DNA of 64,000 nucleotides, taken from contig CDPCPM010000043.1 of NCBI GenBank assembly GCA_976551045.1, positions 9,362,001 to 9,426,000 on the forward strand, given 5' to 3'. Below the pieces are notes generated by a model that saw only the letters and a list, made by a program, of their open reading frames with translations, ran no database searches and was not told where the DNA came from. Shown piece by piece: positions 1 to 14,400 of the stretch. This DNA is from Glaucostegus cemiculus (lineage: Eukaryota). The position numbers were made by a program, and so were the translations under genes. Positions within the stretch are counted from its first letter, which is position 1. Each line of letters opens with the position of its first letter.

Positions 1-859
1 CCTGAGGGTTTGCAGCATTTTCTGTTTTTATTTTGGCTTCCTGTAGAGCAGCCGTTCCTGGCCTTCCTCCATATTTCTGTAAGTTATTTACCTGGTGCCT
101 ACCCTACCCCCAGCATCCTATAGACAGGTTACATAAAAACAGGTGTTTCCTCTTTGTCTTTAGTCAGTCATTTTGAATGTGATCTCTGGTTCATGACTTA
201 GCTGCTCTATCCAAACTTGTGATCTTATAGATCCCTCAAACCTCCCAATCTACTGTTTTGAGGAGAACACGTCTTCACCACTTTAATGTTGTGGTTGAAA
301 TCCTCCACCCAATGGATCCATCACAACCTCTGAAGTGGACGTTAGAATCTGATACAATACTTCGATACTTAGTGCAGCCTCCTGCACTCGTACTCCACAC
401 CTCTTTATCAAGCTCTGTTTTATATTGGGTCCACCCAACCTTTAATCAAGTTAACCTTTCAGCTAAGAATCCTTCAATTCATCTGCTAACTACGTCTTGC
501 AAGGTGTTGAAGGTGTGGATTCCATGCCATTGACTCTCCTGGTGAATAGTTTTGTCCTTTATCTGAACTTGGACTTTGAGGAATGTACTTGCTTCAGGAA
601 AGTGATCCAACTCTCTCATTGGTATATAGTTTAGTTGGGTGATGAAGCACTACTGTAAATGTATTACCTTGAATTGACAGTGACGTGACTCTAGCTGTTC
701 AATATTGGGTAAACAGTCTCCATTTTTTTTTCTTGTCATGTCTCTCTCTGCCATCAAACTTGGGGTCAACCCTAGTTCATTGTATGTAGAAAAGCATATT
801 GGGAACTTCAAAGTTGTAAATAGTGGATTCTAAGTAGCAGAAACATTTAGGTTGTGGAC

Positions 860-2175
860 CACTGAAATGATCCCACAACCTATCAGTCAGTAAAAGCTCT
901 ACTCTAGTGTTGCATCCAGTCATGAATGGTGGTGAGCAGTGAAATGATCAGAGACCTCTCCGTGTCCATGCACGATACACAGATGCAAAATCTGCAGCTG
1001 GAAATCTTAAGTGAAAGATCCATTTCTGCCATTCTCGATCATTGCAAAGCCTGTCTTCAGACAGTTTGATTCATGTCACCAGCTATCAAGAAGCACAAGG
1101 ATAGCAGCAGAGTTTGTGGACCCCAACAACTTCTTGGCTAAGGTGCTGACTTTGAATAATGCAAGCAAGTGCAGAGGTGCTGGGTACAGTTTCCAGTCTT
1201 CAGAACTAGCCAGAGTTGGCTGGAATAAGCTGGATGGCTAAAGTAAAACCTGCAATGGAAAGACAGTATTGTTTTTCAAAGAAATCATTGAGTGTTTGTC
1301 ATGGTTCAGTTGCTTACACTGTGAAGGGGTTTGGGGTTCAATTTCCATTTGAGTACATAACTGATACAGTGCTGCTTTGTTGGAGTTGCTGCCTGTTGGC
1401 TGAGACGTCACACTGAAGTTTGTCTGCTTTCTCAAGTGGTGTTATTTTAAAGAGCAGGGGAGTTGTTTCTGGTGTTGTGGCTAAAAGGTATCCCCCAAGA
1501 AAATTTACTGTAATGGATCTCTCTGGTCATTATCACAGCGCTGATTGTGAGCACTTGTGCATTGTGGAGATTGGCTGCTGCGTGTGTTGCAGTATATCTG
1601 TGGCTGCACTCAAGTACTTCATTAATTGCAATCTGCCTTGGGACGATTGATGCAACATAGTTACTGGTCTTTCTTTTCAATCTTGTATACTAGAACTATC
1701 TCTGCACTAAAGCAACTTGACAGGAAAGCAACTAAAACACTAGCTCCTATCCAACAGCAGAAACGTTGGCTAAATGTGTCCTATCCACCAATATAGCAAC
1801 ATTTAAATAAGTTGGTCCGTCTACAAATTTCTTTTTTTCCACCATCCAGAGGGCATAGTTTGGGAGTGTGGTGGAATATTCTTCATTTACCTACATGAGT
1901 TCAGTTCTATCAACGTTCAAAGCCTGACGTTAAGGTGAAAGCCTGTTGAATTTCTCCATGTACGGCCACGGTGGCTGCAGTGTTTGATTTGAATGGTGCA
2001 TTGCAGCAGCTCATCGGGGCTGCTTTGACAGCACCTCCCATTCCCAGGACCCCTCACACTTCAGAGGTTCAAGGGCAGCAGATACATGGGAATACTAGGG
2101 AAAGGTTTCCTCCCAAGTTGTGCTCCGAGACTGGGTACTTGGGATGGGCAATAAATGCCAGCTTTGCTGGCGATG
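860..2175 (+). mobile_element. Degenerate non-LTR retrotransposon fragments (3' part near 1850-2175)
   Basis: Recognised family-like sequence (gtggctgcagtg...ctttgacagcacctccca...gggatgggcaataaatgcc). No intact ORF. Boundaries approximate. Confidence 0.45.
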
Positions 2176-3509
2176 CATGCGTCCTGGGTTATATATTTAT
2201 GCTAGGTTACCTTGGCTCTTCTGTGTGGACACTCTGATCATCTCGAGCAATCGATGTCTCCCTTTTTGGGAGATCCAAAAACTCTTCCAAGCACCTGAAA
2301 AGGAATGCGCCGGCTTGGACCATGCCTGCTTCACCCAGAGTTTGACATGTCTAAGCTCTGAATCTGAACTGAACTTGAGAGTTTCAGCTATTTTATCCAT
2401 GAGTTGTGTTCCAATTTTAATTTCATTCCATGCTCATTTTCCCATAAGCGTATGGTTCCTTGGATGTTTGAGACTTCATTTCTTTTACCTCTAGCTACAA
2501 GACAGATTGAACCTTTTTATGGACTTGTTTCTGTGACCTATTCTTGACGGTTTTGACCCAGTCCCTAAAAAGTCATTGGCAATTTGCCTTGAAGTCTTGC
2601 TTCAATCCCCAGGGACAAGCTTTCCAAGTGCAACGGATCCTGCCAGTTAAATGTCTGAGTGTGGGACAAACTCATTTTCCTTCTCCATTGTGCATTCTAT
2701 TGAGTACAGTACTCACAAACTCTGTGAACCTGGTTGCTCTATAAACCTTATATTCTATGGGTTAATTAGCAATTGTTGGAGTTTCATGCATCAAACAAAA
2801 TTGAACTCTGTCTTTGAACAAAACTCCATACAGTGAACTCCTCACCTAACATCTGATGCCTTTGTATCTAGCCAGGTATAGCAATGTTTTGCTTGATACT
2901 GGCAGTCCACAAGTTTTTATTGTGACTTCATGTGGGTGTAAGCATTAATGTAGAATATGAAACCAGTAGCTTACAGAGGTCACTTTGGTTTTTGTTTCCA
3001 TCGATAGACTTTGGGAGGGAGTGTGAGCTAACAACTGAAGCACTTCCCTATCCTCTGACCCTCTGGGACAGGCAGTGTGAGCTACATCTGCAGACTGAAC
3101 TGATGGACATTCCTTCACCAGTCACACCAAAACTGCATGCAGGTTAGTCCTTCTGAGCATGTCACTTACCACATCTTTCACATCCACTTCCCATCCATTC
3201 CCCTCCAGAAAGACTTACATTTACACGTTGCTTTACCATCCCATTTTGGCGCATGCAGAAGTGCTTTGCAGCCACTGAAGAATTTTCAGAGATTAGTCAC
3301 TGCTGTAGTGTAGGAAGCATGGCAGGCAATCCGTGCTCACCAGCCTCGTATAGACTATATGACAACCAAGTTCTTTGAGAATAATTATTGGCCTCATGGT
3401 TAGGGATAGGAACTAGAAAACCACAGGTCTGGAGTGAATGAGGAATTGAAGGAAAATAGCTTTTTACAGTTGGAAAATTTACTATAACTGACCCCTGCCT
3501 TCCCCCTTT

Positions 3510-4420
3510 CAGGACCTGATGATCTGCATCCCAGGATTTTGAAACATGGCTTTGGAGATGATGGCTGCACTAGTTCTCATCTTCTACAATTCCAGAGACC
3601 CTAAAATGGTTTTCACAGTTTGGAAGGTAGTAAATGTAAACCCAATAACTAAAAAAGCAAGGCCAAGTGAAAATGGGAACTACAGACCAGTTTGCCTCCC
3701 ATCAGTAACGGGGTGTGGAGGAGAAGGAAATAAAAGAACTAATTGGTTTATTATTTCCACATGTACAGTGAAGAAATTTGTTTTGCGTGCAATTCATTCA
3801 GATCAATTCTGAACAGCGAGTTAGAACAAATAGAAGAGCGATAACAAAATGCAGATTAGTGTTACAGAGGAAGTGCAGGGTAGGTAGACAATAAGGTGCA
3901 AGGGCTATGACTATGTAGATTCTGAAGTAAAGAGTTCATTATCATACTAAATTTATTAAGGAAGTTATAACAGGACCCAGTCGACATGGATTTATGAAAG
4001 GAAAATTGTGTTTGATAAATCTGTTCAGAGTTGTTCAAGAATGTAACTGGCAGAATAGATAAAGGGGAACTAGTGGCTCTAGTGCATTTGGACTTTCCTA
4101 TATCATTACAATGGCAAGTGATGCTATTAAACAAAACTGGAGCATACAAGGTTGGGACTACCCTACAAGCAGGGATTGAGGATTGGGTAATGGACAGAGA
4201 ACAGTAGGAATCATTGGGCTGGGAGGCTGAATAGGAGGGCCCCAGCTGTTCAGTCTATATCAGCCATTTGGTCCAAGCCTGTTGATAAGGGATGACAATG
4301 AAAGTTCACCAGATTGATTCCTGGGATGGGATTTGTCCTGTAAAGTACAATTAAATGCTCTGGGCCGGTACTCTTGAGTGTAGAAAAGTAAGTGCTGATC
4401 TCATTGAAATATCTAAATTT
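3510..4420 (+). mobile_element. Degenerate CR1-type LINE ORF2 fragments, interrupted at about 3740-3945 by an antisense Rex1-like 3' tail
   Basis: WKVVNVNPI..GNYRPVCL RT motif. HGFMKGKLCLINL-like sequence at about 3985-4025. Confidence 0.65.
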
Positions 4421-4449
4421 ATTGATTGACTGGGTAGATGCAGACTTTT

Positions 4450-4610
4450 TTGGGGCATTTAGCTCTACCATGCTTTTGGGATGTGGGAGGAAACCAGAGC
4501 AGCAGTGAAAACCTACATGGTCACTGGGGGGACCTGCAAAGTTCCTACAAGCAGCACCTGACATCTGGACTGAACCTGGGTGCTTGGAACTGAGGCAGCA
4601 GCTGTTCAAT
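4450..4610 (-). mobile_element. V-SINE (HE1-like) fragment
   Basis: tttgggatgtgggaggaaaccagagcagc...aaaacctacatggtcac..gggacctgcaaa resembles the reverse V-domain. Confidence 0.55.
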
Positions 4611-5281
4611 GCTTCCTCTCGGAGCGAAGTGGCAGTATTGTGTTTGGCGTAATCTAGATCACACTTCCTCGCACATCCTCAAATGCTGCCTGCAGTTGCT
4701 GAGCAGTAATGTCAGCAGTTGATGCTTTGGTTGCTTATCTTGGATTTTTGAGGTCCTTTTGGAACACATTACTTCAGCAGAACTACCACTGTGTGGTGAC
4801 GGACTCTTGGAAACTCAGATTGTTAAGACTTTGAGTAGCAGATCACTAGCTTGATGTGACCAGGTACACATTTATTTTCTGCAACTGCTGGTCTGTTTCA
4901 GGTCAGTAAAGAAATTGTATGGTAACATAGTGCCGTATGATGGAAGGGCATCCTATTTTGTGGTGCTCTTCTTTTGAAATGTGGCATTTGTTTCAAAATA
5001 CATTACTTACCTAGACAGAGAAGTGTTTTAAGTATTTTGTTAAAGTTTATATTTTGCTCCCTGTGAAGTTTTCGCATTTAGAATTGTTGCGGTCTCCCTT
5101 CTGTTCCTCAGTATGCCCCTCAGAATGACTTGGTAATATCACTTGTTTGGGCGGACTAATCAAAAATGTTGCAAACCACCCACTAAGATGTTGTTCTTTG
5201 TCATATATATAAAGCTTTTGGTAAGGGTTGAATCATCACTCATTTACTTAAAAACAAAATAAGAATTTTGTTTTGTTACAG

Positions 5282-5412
5282 TGACCTGTTCAACTCTGAC
5301 GCAAAATCATTCATGTGAAGGAATAACGTGTCCAAGCTGCTTGATGCTGACAAAGACTACGCTGCTGGCAGAAAATGAGGTTGAGGCACATAAACTGGCC
5401 AACAACTATAAG
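5282..5412 (+). CDS. cax: CAX exon (first visible; internal)
   Basis: ttacag| TCSTLTQNHSCEGITCPSCLMLTKTTLLAENEVEAHKLANNYK |gttagt. Confidence 0.85.
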
Positions 5413-8400
5413 GTTAGTAAAATCCTTGTGACTCAATGAAAATCCAGACCAGTTGTATTCCAGCATTCAATGTGCATGTGTATCTCTTAGTAAAGACAAA
5501 GTGCTAAGCTGAATAGTTGAAAAGCATGGTCTTCAGTGTGGTTAAGATCTGGAATGTGTCACGCAAGGATGGTGGAAGCAGTTTCCATAAAAGCTTTCAA
5601 AACCAATTGGATGTCTCCTAGCTGAATTATGGGGAAAATGCTAGGACGTGTGATTGAACCATGTTGTCCTTTCGGAGAATCAACACAAGCATGGCTGACT
5701 GCCTGCTTCCTAGTGCTTCAGTTCTATAATTCAGTGGAATGAATGATTGTTGACTGACTGACACTGAAAGGGTTGGTTAGCTGCAACTTTTGTGGATTAT
5801 CTCTGGAAGAAGTAACTGAACATCCATATGCTGCTGGTCTCCAGTCCAACTGTGCCAGTCTTTAAAACAAATTAGCTCATTACCTGTAGGTTTAAAAATT
5901 CAGCTGGTTGTTGGTGGGAGTTTGGTTCAATATCTCCTGCAGTTATAAAGTGTAGCTGTTATCACCATGCTGTTTGGCAGCTCAAATGGGGAAACATTAA
6001 AGTACTCTGCTTAGAGAAGGTATGTTACTGTGAGTTTGGGATTGAGCTGTGTTTTCATGCTATAATGGAAGGAAGTTCTAATGTCAGCAGCAAATCTGAC
6101 TGACACAAAATATTTGCCCCTGAAAGTCCACCAATTTGTGCCAGGATCTTAATACATTCCAGTCCCCTTCTTGCATCTCCTCCCCCATTTTCCCACCCCC
6201 ACACTTCCTGTCACCAGGAATTGCATGTATCCAACTAAAGATGCTAACTTGTGGCCAGATTCTGCTCTAACTACAAGTTTGCAGATGATACCACTCTAGT
6301 GGGCCATATCTCTAATAACATTGAGTTGGATTACAGGAAGGAGATAGAGAGCCTAGCAACATGGTGTCATGACAACAACCTTTCCCTTGATGCCAGCGAA
6401 ACAAAAGAGCCGGTCATGGACTTCTGGAAGGGTGGTGGTGCACATCTACCTCAACGGTGCTGAGGTTGAGAGGATTGAGAGCTTCAAGTTCCTGGGAGTG
6501 GACATCACCAATAGCTTGTCCTGGTCCAACCATGTTGATGCCACAGCCAAGAAAGCTCACCAGTGCCTCTACTTCCTCAGGAGGCTAAAGAAGTTTGGCA
6601 CGTCCCCATCGGCCTTCACCAATTTTTATGATGTACCATAGAAAGCAACCTGTCTAGATGCATCATGGCTTGGTATGGCAACTGCTCTGCAGGACTGCAT
6701 GATACTCTGGAGAGTTGTGGACACAGCTCAGCGCATTGTGGAAACCAGCCTCCCCTCCATGGACTCTTGTCTATGCATGTAGCTGCCTCAGTAAATCAGA
6801 CAGCATAATCAAAGACTCCACCCACCAGGACATTCCATCTTCTCCCTTCTCTCATCTCCCATCAGGCAGAATATACAAAAGCCTTAAAGTACGTTACACC
6901 AGGCTCAGACAGCTTCTATCCCACTGTTATAACACTATTGAGCATTTTCCTAGCACAATAAGATGGACTCTTGACCTCACAGTCTACCTTGTTATGACCT
7001 TGCACCTTATTGTCTACCTGCACTGCACTTTCTCTGCAGCTGTTACACTATTCTGCCTTCAATTACTGTTTTCCCTTGTACTACCTCAATGCACTGTGTA
7101 ATAAATTGATCTGTATGAGCAGTATGCAAGACCAGCTTTTTACTGTACCTCTGTACAAGTGACAATAATATTCCAATTGCATGGAATTTTTGATAGGAAA
7201 AAGAGGCCAATGGCTCTCCAGAAGCTGCCTTCCTCCAATAGTATGTTCTTTTAACCCTTGCTTGCTCATGCAGTCTCTTAAATGCACCCAGATCTGGAGA
7301 TTTGGGATGGATTGTGTTGCTGCCTTTGCCAGCCAAGATACAGATTTTTTTTTTCACAACTGACCTCAGCAGAAAATGATGCATTTGAAAAGCTGCAAGC
7401 ATAGATTGAAAAACGAATGAACCTAATGTATACATATCCCTCTTTGTGAACCTTAGCACAGAACATGCACCCTCTAGGAAAGACTTTTTTTTTGCAAATA
7501 TTTTATCAGATATGATGTCGGAGCTGATAAAAGTATTTCCAGATTTGATAGCATCATGATACACTGTTTATTGGTGAAGCAGAAGTGGAGAGCCCCAATT
7601 ACAAAAGGTTCTCCTCTGTGGCTAAATTAATAGAATGTGATGTAGGAGGTGGGGAAATGCCAGGAAAGCAATACAGATAAAAATTGAACTTTCTGCATGG
7701 TTCTGTTTGGAGAAACTAAACTGAGCTCCAAAGCAGAAGATACAATGAGAAACCACTAAGTTTGGGCTTTTTTTTAAAAGCACTTACATCATGGGGAGGT
7801 GGGACAGTTGAGGGCTAGAGTTTCCACCAGAACACCATACCACATCCAAATATGAAGAACTACACCTGACTAAGGGTTAGTCTTTGTCCACTTGCTCTGC
7901 CGGTATGGAGGAAAGGGTTTATGACATGAGCAGTGTTTGGCACACCTGATCTTTATTGCAATCTGCATTTGTAACTTTCATAGTTCGGGTTTAAGAAATG
8001 GAAAAGTCATGTGACTGAGAGACCCTGGGAAGATCGTTCTGCAATTGTGAAAGAACTGTATTCAGATCTCAACGTCATCAAACATCCAGGTAACGTTGCA
8101 AGAAGTATTTAGATACATTCTCCCTGTGCAGTTGATGAGGTATTAAGTGGAAATTGGATAGTCCTGTTTTGGAATATTTTCATATTCTAACATGTTAATC
8201 TGCGTTGTAAACGGGGTATTGAGGGGGATTTTGGGGTAATAGTGAATGGAGCATTGCAAACTATGCAACTACTTCAAAAGGTTTTATTTTTCAAATGCAA
8301 CTTTGCTGAAGTTCAAATGCTCATGACAAGTTGTCCTTTAATCAGGGTGAGTAGATTTGATTCCATATTCTTTAGAGTTAAAATGTACAAAAAAAGTTCT

Positions 8401-11400
8401 GAGGACTTGGAGAAATTAAGGCTGTTTTCCCTGGCTAGTGAATTTAGAACTTGGGAATCATAATTTTGGATAGGGGTCAGTCATTGGGACTCGGATAAAA
8501 GCAAATCATTTCATCTGGTGAAAGAATAGTGACCAGGTAGGAGGAGGAACTGAAAGTGTATCAATAACATTCAAGCATGCCAAGATTGTTTTTGCATGTA
8601 ATGCAACTCGCATCACATGAAACGGAATAGACAAGTCTTTGCTGATTGTCTTTTGGGACATGTTGATTATGAGAACAACCAAAACATTATTTTACTTGCT
8701 GCTATGCATTTTCACCATTTGTGATTTCATTTTAAACTCTTAACTACTTCAGTGGTTGAGCTTGGGAAATTAAATCTTTCAAACTTGATGTGATGTACCA
8801 ACCTTCTGGAAGAAGACCTGCCAGCACCTGATGTGACGATCCATATCACCAAGCTTCTGGTGCTGATTTGTTACATACCACTGGAGACACAGAAGTGAAT
8901 CCTGTTTAGTTCTGCAAATTGCATCAACATTCCTTCCCTAAGATGGAATGCACCCAAAAAATTTAGGGCTTTTGTGATATCCTGTGACTGTAATGTAATT
9001 TATTAATTTGTCTTTCAGGATCTCTGGTTACCTGTGACAATGTGTTATATGTGCTGCTGTTTGGCTGGTGGACTGCCCTGCTGTACCTTCTAGTGGCTCT
9101 AATTATGTTTGTAACCATTGTGGGAATTCCTTATGGTAGGTACAGGGGCCTGCTGAACATTTAATGTGAACTAATTAATTGCAGCAGCAGTACTAATGTG
9201 GTCGTTAGGGAGGAGTGGTGCTGGTTATGGTTGAATATTCATTTTTTTAAAATTTAAAACATCAGATGGCAATTTGTCTTGGTTTAAAATAAATAATTTG
9301 GAAGTAGGAGCATGGATGTTTCTTGAGTTCTATTAAACTCTGAGTTTGAAATCCTATAGAAAAGAACTTTGAATCTATTTCCTTGCAATGGCTTGTGAAC
9401 AATAATTTTTAGTTGTGTGCTGACCGCTTGTAATTCCTGCACTTTTAGTATCGCTAGACCATATCAATAGGAGCCTTGGTGAGCTTAGGTCTTCATTATG
9501 GCAAGTAGTGGATGCTTCATCTTAAATCCAACTAAATTAAGACGCACAGAATTTGATGTACCAAGTTGCAGGTGAACTTTCCAACATCTGCTCTATGTCT
9601 ATTTAGTGACCCTAGTTGAAGAGCTGATCTATTAAGTACTTGAAATATTTTAAAGATACTTTACCACTAATCTAACAGTTGAAAATAACATCTTGCAGTA
9701 GTTTTTGCTGGGCCTTTAGGAGAAGGTGTTTGATAAGTCTAAATAATACTCCTGGATTTTCAATTCTGATTTAGAACTTGTTATCTAGAGAGTTTGCAAA
9801 GCTTTTCTGGCTTTATAGATTCAGTTACATAGTACAGAAACAGGCTCTTCAGCCCAACTCATCCATGCTGACCAAAATGCCCATCAACACTAATCAAATT
9901 TGGTTTAAATAACTAAATGCAGCAAGAAGACTGTTGTTCCTTTTTGTTTAAAAAAACCCCCTGTGGACTGCTGTTCCTCTTTTGTAGTCTCTGGTTCTAT
10001 TCCAATTATAGAATGCAAGTCTTAATTGTCTCTGCTCTCTGAAAATGGACTTCCCCTTATTTGATTTTGGGTTTGTGTAACATTGCATATGACTTCTACC
10101 CCATTGTAGACATAAGATGGTTGGCGTCATCTAAATTTAGTGAAGCCAATGGCCTCTAACCTCTTGATTGATTTGACAGGATTTCCTTCTACTACTATTA
10201 TGGTTATTTATTTGATTAAAAGGCAGATTTGGATCAAGACTATATCCTCCAAAGTGCAAGCCTACAGTTGCTGTGCCACGTACACCTGCCTCCTCCACCC
10301 CGGTCACTTTGAATGCCCGGCATCTTTGTCTTTAATTCTGGAAGTATTATCTGCAATCACTGCCTGGAAATCTGTCCTGTATGTGGAAGATTTACACTGG
10401 TTAAAGACTAGTTAAAAACTGATGATATCCTTGTCCTTTTGGAGCCAAGCAGTATTTTTATACACCTTTGCCATCTCTCCACACCACGTCCCCCACCTCC
10501 CAAAGCCCCCTGATGCTTGGGTGCTTTGTTTTTTATTTAACCATTGATGGGGAGAAAGGCACCAATTTAGGAAAATAATGCATTTCTCTTTGTTTCCCAG
10601 GGAAATTGTGCTGCAGTCTTGCTGGATATTATTTTTGGCCATTTGGGAAAGTAATTCAAAAGGTAAGTGCAATGATTATTGGCAAAGTCTTATAATCCAT
10701 CAGACCTCAATGCTTAAGGGTCTAATGTGAACCAGAATGAAGTGAGTTTATCCTTGATTAGAACAATGTACAAACCACTTGGTTAGACTGCAGTGTGCAG
10801 TTGTATTGAGTGAATGGAGTATTGTGCACAGTTCTGGTTGCCATGCTACAGGAAGGATGTGGTAGCAATAGAGAGAGTGCAGAAGAGATTCACCAAAATG
10901 TTGCCTGGAATTGGGGCTATCGTTATAAGGAGAGATTGGATAGTCTGGGTTTATTCTCAACAGAGCATAGGGGGCTGAGGGGGACCTCGTATTGGTTTAT
11001 AAGATTGAGGGGCATAGATAGGATGAGGGTAAAGTTTTTTTTTCACCCAGGATATGGGAATCTAGACTAGCGGGCACAGGTTTGGGGTGAGGAGGGAGAA
11101 ATTTAAAGGTGATCTGTAGAGCAAGTTTTTCTGTGGAGAGTGGTGGTTATCTAGAACGAGCTTCCATGAGGTGGTGGAGGCAGGTACAGTTATGGCATTG
11201 AAAAGACATTTGGGCAGGTACTTGGGTAAGAAGGATATGGGGCTAATGTGGGCAAATGGGGTTGGCATAGATGGGCATCACGGTTGCCATGGGCAGTGTG
11301 GGTTGACAAGACCCATTTCTGACCTGTACAGTTCTATGATTCTTAACACCTGCTGGTTGGATGTTCAATTTGGAGATGTGTCACTTTATGCACCTTTACA

Positions 11401-14400
11401 TCAGTAGATCGGCTCTCTGTGGTAGCTGCAGAATGTGGTCACTAGCCAGCTGCTCCTTTACTGATTTTATACTTGTATTAGTAATGTGGATTTTGCCCTT
11501 CAGCTTAAGGGCTGTGAGTGTTAGGTGGAAGCCATAGTCGCCTGTTCCCTCACTGGTGCTCCAGCCACTTTTAGGTGCATACCCACCCCTTCCCAGTTGA
11601 ATGTTAGCTTCTAGTTATGGGTCTCTCTTTCTCTATGACAAGATATATGGCTATCTTGAGTAACCTCCTGCACTCTGAACCATTAGATATCATTCCAGAT
11701 ATTCTGGCTTTGGGTGGTGAATGAGCAAAGATGATATACTTTGTTGACATATCTCTTGGTATCTCCTGAAATTTGATGGTTACTAGTTCATGATTGTTAG
11801 CTCAGTACACTTAAATATTTGAAATGCAAATAATATTGAACCACAATATCTTGATGTTGCATTTTAAAATATCCTCAGCATTAACTGAATGCATTGAGTG
11901 TGAACGCAGCAATTTCTCTAGTCTCTTTTTAAGAATTCTACAAACTGCTCAGTTAACTATAACAGTATATGGGATTAACAGAAAATTCCAGTAGAATATT
12001 AAATTGTAATGTGTTTGCATGGCTTTAGAAGATGCAGTATTTGTGGTTCAATTGTAATTAATAGTACCAAGGAATTTGGTAGATCATAATATAATCCAAG
12101 TATAGGACCTGAGCCCAACATGGGTTAATTATCTCCATCATAATTCGTAAACTACATGCAGAAGCTCTTGCCCCCTAATGATATTTATTAAATATAACTA
12201 GACTGCTGTGCACGAGACTCTCATTGTATTAAATAATCCATCCTTCAACCCATTTGTTGAACTTTAGAGATGATCTTGAAAACCAAATGAAACTGGAATT
12301 TGCAGGAACAAAGGACACATTTGACAAATTGAGTAAATTAACAAAATTAGTTTCTCAATAACAATCCTTTCCCCTTCATCCCCCTTCCTGAGGCTGACTT
12401 GCATTCCCCTTTTAGAGCATGAAATGTGTGCTTTTAAAATTGCACTTTTGATTTTGCAACAAATGTCATGAAATCAACATGTTGAGGGAATGGGCATTTT
12501 GCAATCATTTTGATGAAGCTGATCAAATTGCCAAGTGCAAGTTGACAAGCATTGTTAATTTCATTGCACTTGCCAGGTAGCTCTGCCACCTGAGCGATTG
12601 TTGCTCACTATGGAGCTAAATGAAGAACTGTGTGCATGCTGAGAAGGCAGCTCTGTCCTCCACTTGAAAATACAAAGTAAGGCACCAGATCTGGGCACTA
12701 CAAGACTACTCCCTTCACTTTTAAATTATGAAACCCTAATATCATGTTCCCTTGAAGATGGGAAGGATACTTTTCAAAGGAGTAGATTTAATCGTTTTAA
12801 AAAAAGCTGCAATGTATCTGCAATGAATGCGATTGTTGAAAGACCCTGAAAATGTACTACTTTGACTGAGCTTTGTCCTTTCGGTAGGTCCTAAATTGCA
12901 TTTTTTAAAAAGAAAGGTAAAGTGCCTTCTGACATTTTGCCATTTTAATTTGGTGCCGTTTAAGTGCATGCTGTAAATGTTGGAAGATAAGTCATTCCCT
13001 GTTTCAAAACACTCTAGCACTTTGAGCAAAATTATAGTTGTTTCCATAGGGCTAATGCATTTGAAAAGTTGAGTTTATTGTCATATGCATAAATACATGT
13101 ATGCACAGATGCAGTGAAAAACTCGCAGCAGCATCACAGGCTTGCAGCATTCACAAGAAAAACATAAATTAATCATAAATTATACCTAATTTTTACAAGA
13201 AAGAACACAATTAGAACAGGAAAAAAAAAGCAAAGTCCATTTTAGTACAAAGTGATCAAGGTGGTCATAGTGCTGTAGTAATTAGGGTTGTGCATGTTGG
13301 TTCAAGATCTGAATGGTTGAAGGGAAGTAGCACTACTTGAACCTGGTGGTGTGGGACTTCAGGCTTCAGTACCTCTTGCCCGGCGGTAGCTGTGAGAAGA
13401 TGGTGGGGATCTTTGACAATGGATGTTGCTGCCTTTAGGTGGCACCTCCTGTAGATGCTACTGATGGTCAGGAGGGAAGTGACTGTGACGTATTGGGCTG
13501 AGTCCACTAATCTCTGCAGCAACTCGTGTTCCTGTGCATTTGAATATAATTGACGTGTTTTCAAAATGGTTTCTGAGCAGCTTTTGTTTCCCTTTTCAAA
13601 GCCATTCATGAATCGGAGGAAAAGCAGTGTGCGGTTTTATGGTGAGAGCGCTCCTGAGACAACTGCAGTGGAGACAACAGCACTGCTCGGTGGCACGGAT
13701 AGGGCTGACCATGCTCCTTCGGAGACTCCAACTGCGGGAATGAAATACTGGGTAGAGTGCCAGTTCAAAGACTGCTTTCCTTATTCTTGTAAACATTTTT
13801 AATATGAACAGTGACTTGCTCCCTGGATAAGGATGAAGGTTTAAAATGTTAAATGGGGAATGTAGACATTCAATGTAATGTGTGTCACTTCATGTGAACT
13901 TGTTTTTGGTCCATTCAGTCAAGAGAAGATGTTGAACATTTATACAGATTTATGAAGGTTTTGACTGGAGAGTAGAATGTCCACATAGGAGTTGAGTTGG
14001 GCTGCTGGGAAAGGGCACTGTCATGGGACTTTATCAAGTGGTGCATTTCTCTGACATGGAAGGAATGTTCCCTGGAAAACCTGATTTATTGCGGTGATGG
14101 ATGATGAGAGCTGTTGAATGGGGGTCAGTTGCACAATATTGTTTGGTGAAATGCTACATAATATAAAAGCAGAGAATGTATTCCCCAACTAACTAATTGT
14201 CGATACTGAAAGAACTGAGCAGTTCTCAACTTTCTTCTAGCCATGGAGTAAAGTGGTTGCTGCTTCCTCTGTTCTTAATGAGTATTTTGCTCAGTGGTTG
14301 TTCCTTGTTTGGCACTAGTTTTATTATTGTGATGCTTTGCTCCTCTGGTACCTCTGTGGCGCACTGATAGAAATCTAATTTGGCTGCTACTGCAGAATAA

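Noticed and set aside
1-5281. First coding exon or promoter of CAX
   Set aside because: No CpG island and no convincing ATG-containing exon ending in phase 1 was found. It is probably upstream of the window.
7043-7564. 173-aa minus-strand ORF, the longest in the track
   Set aside because: It runs antisense through a CAX intron and into a LINE 3' tail, with no recognisable domain or splice context.
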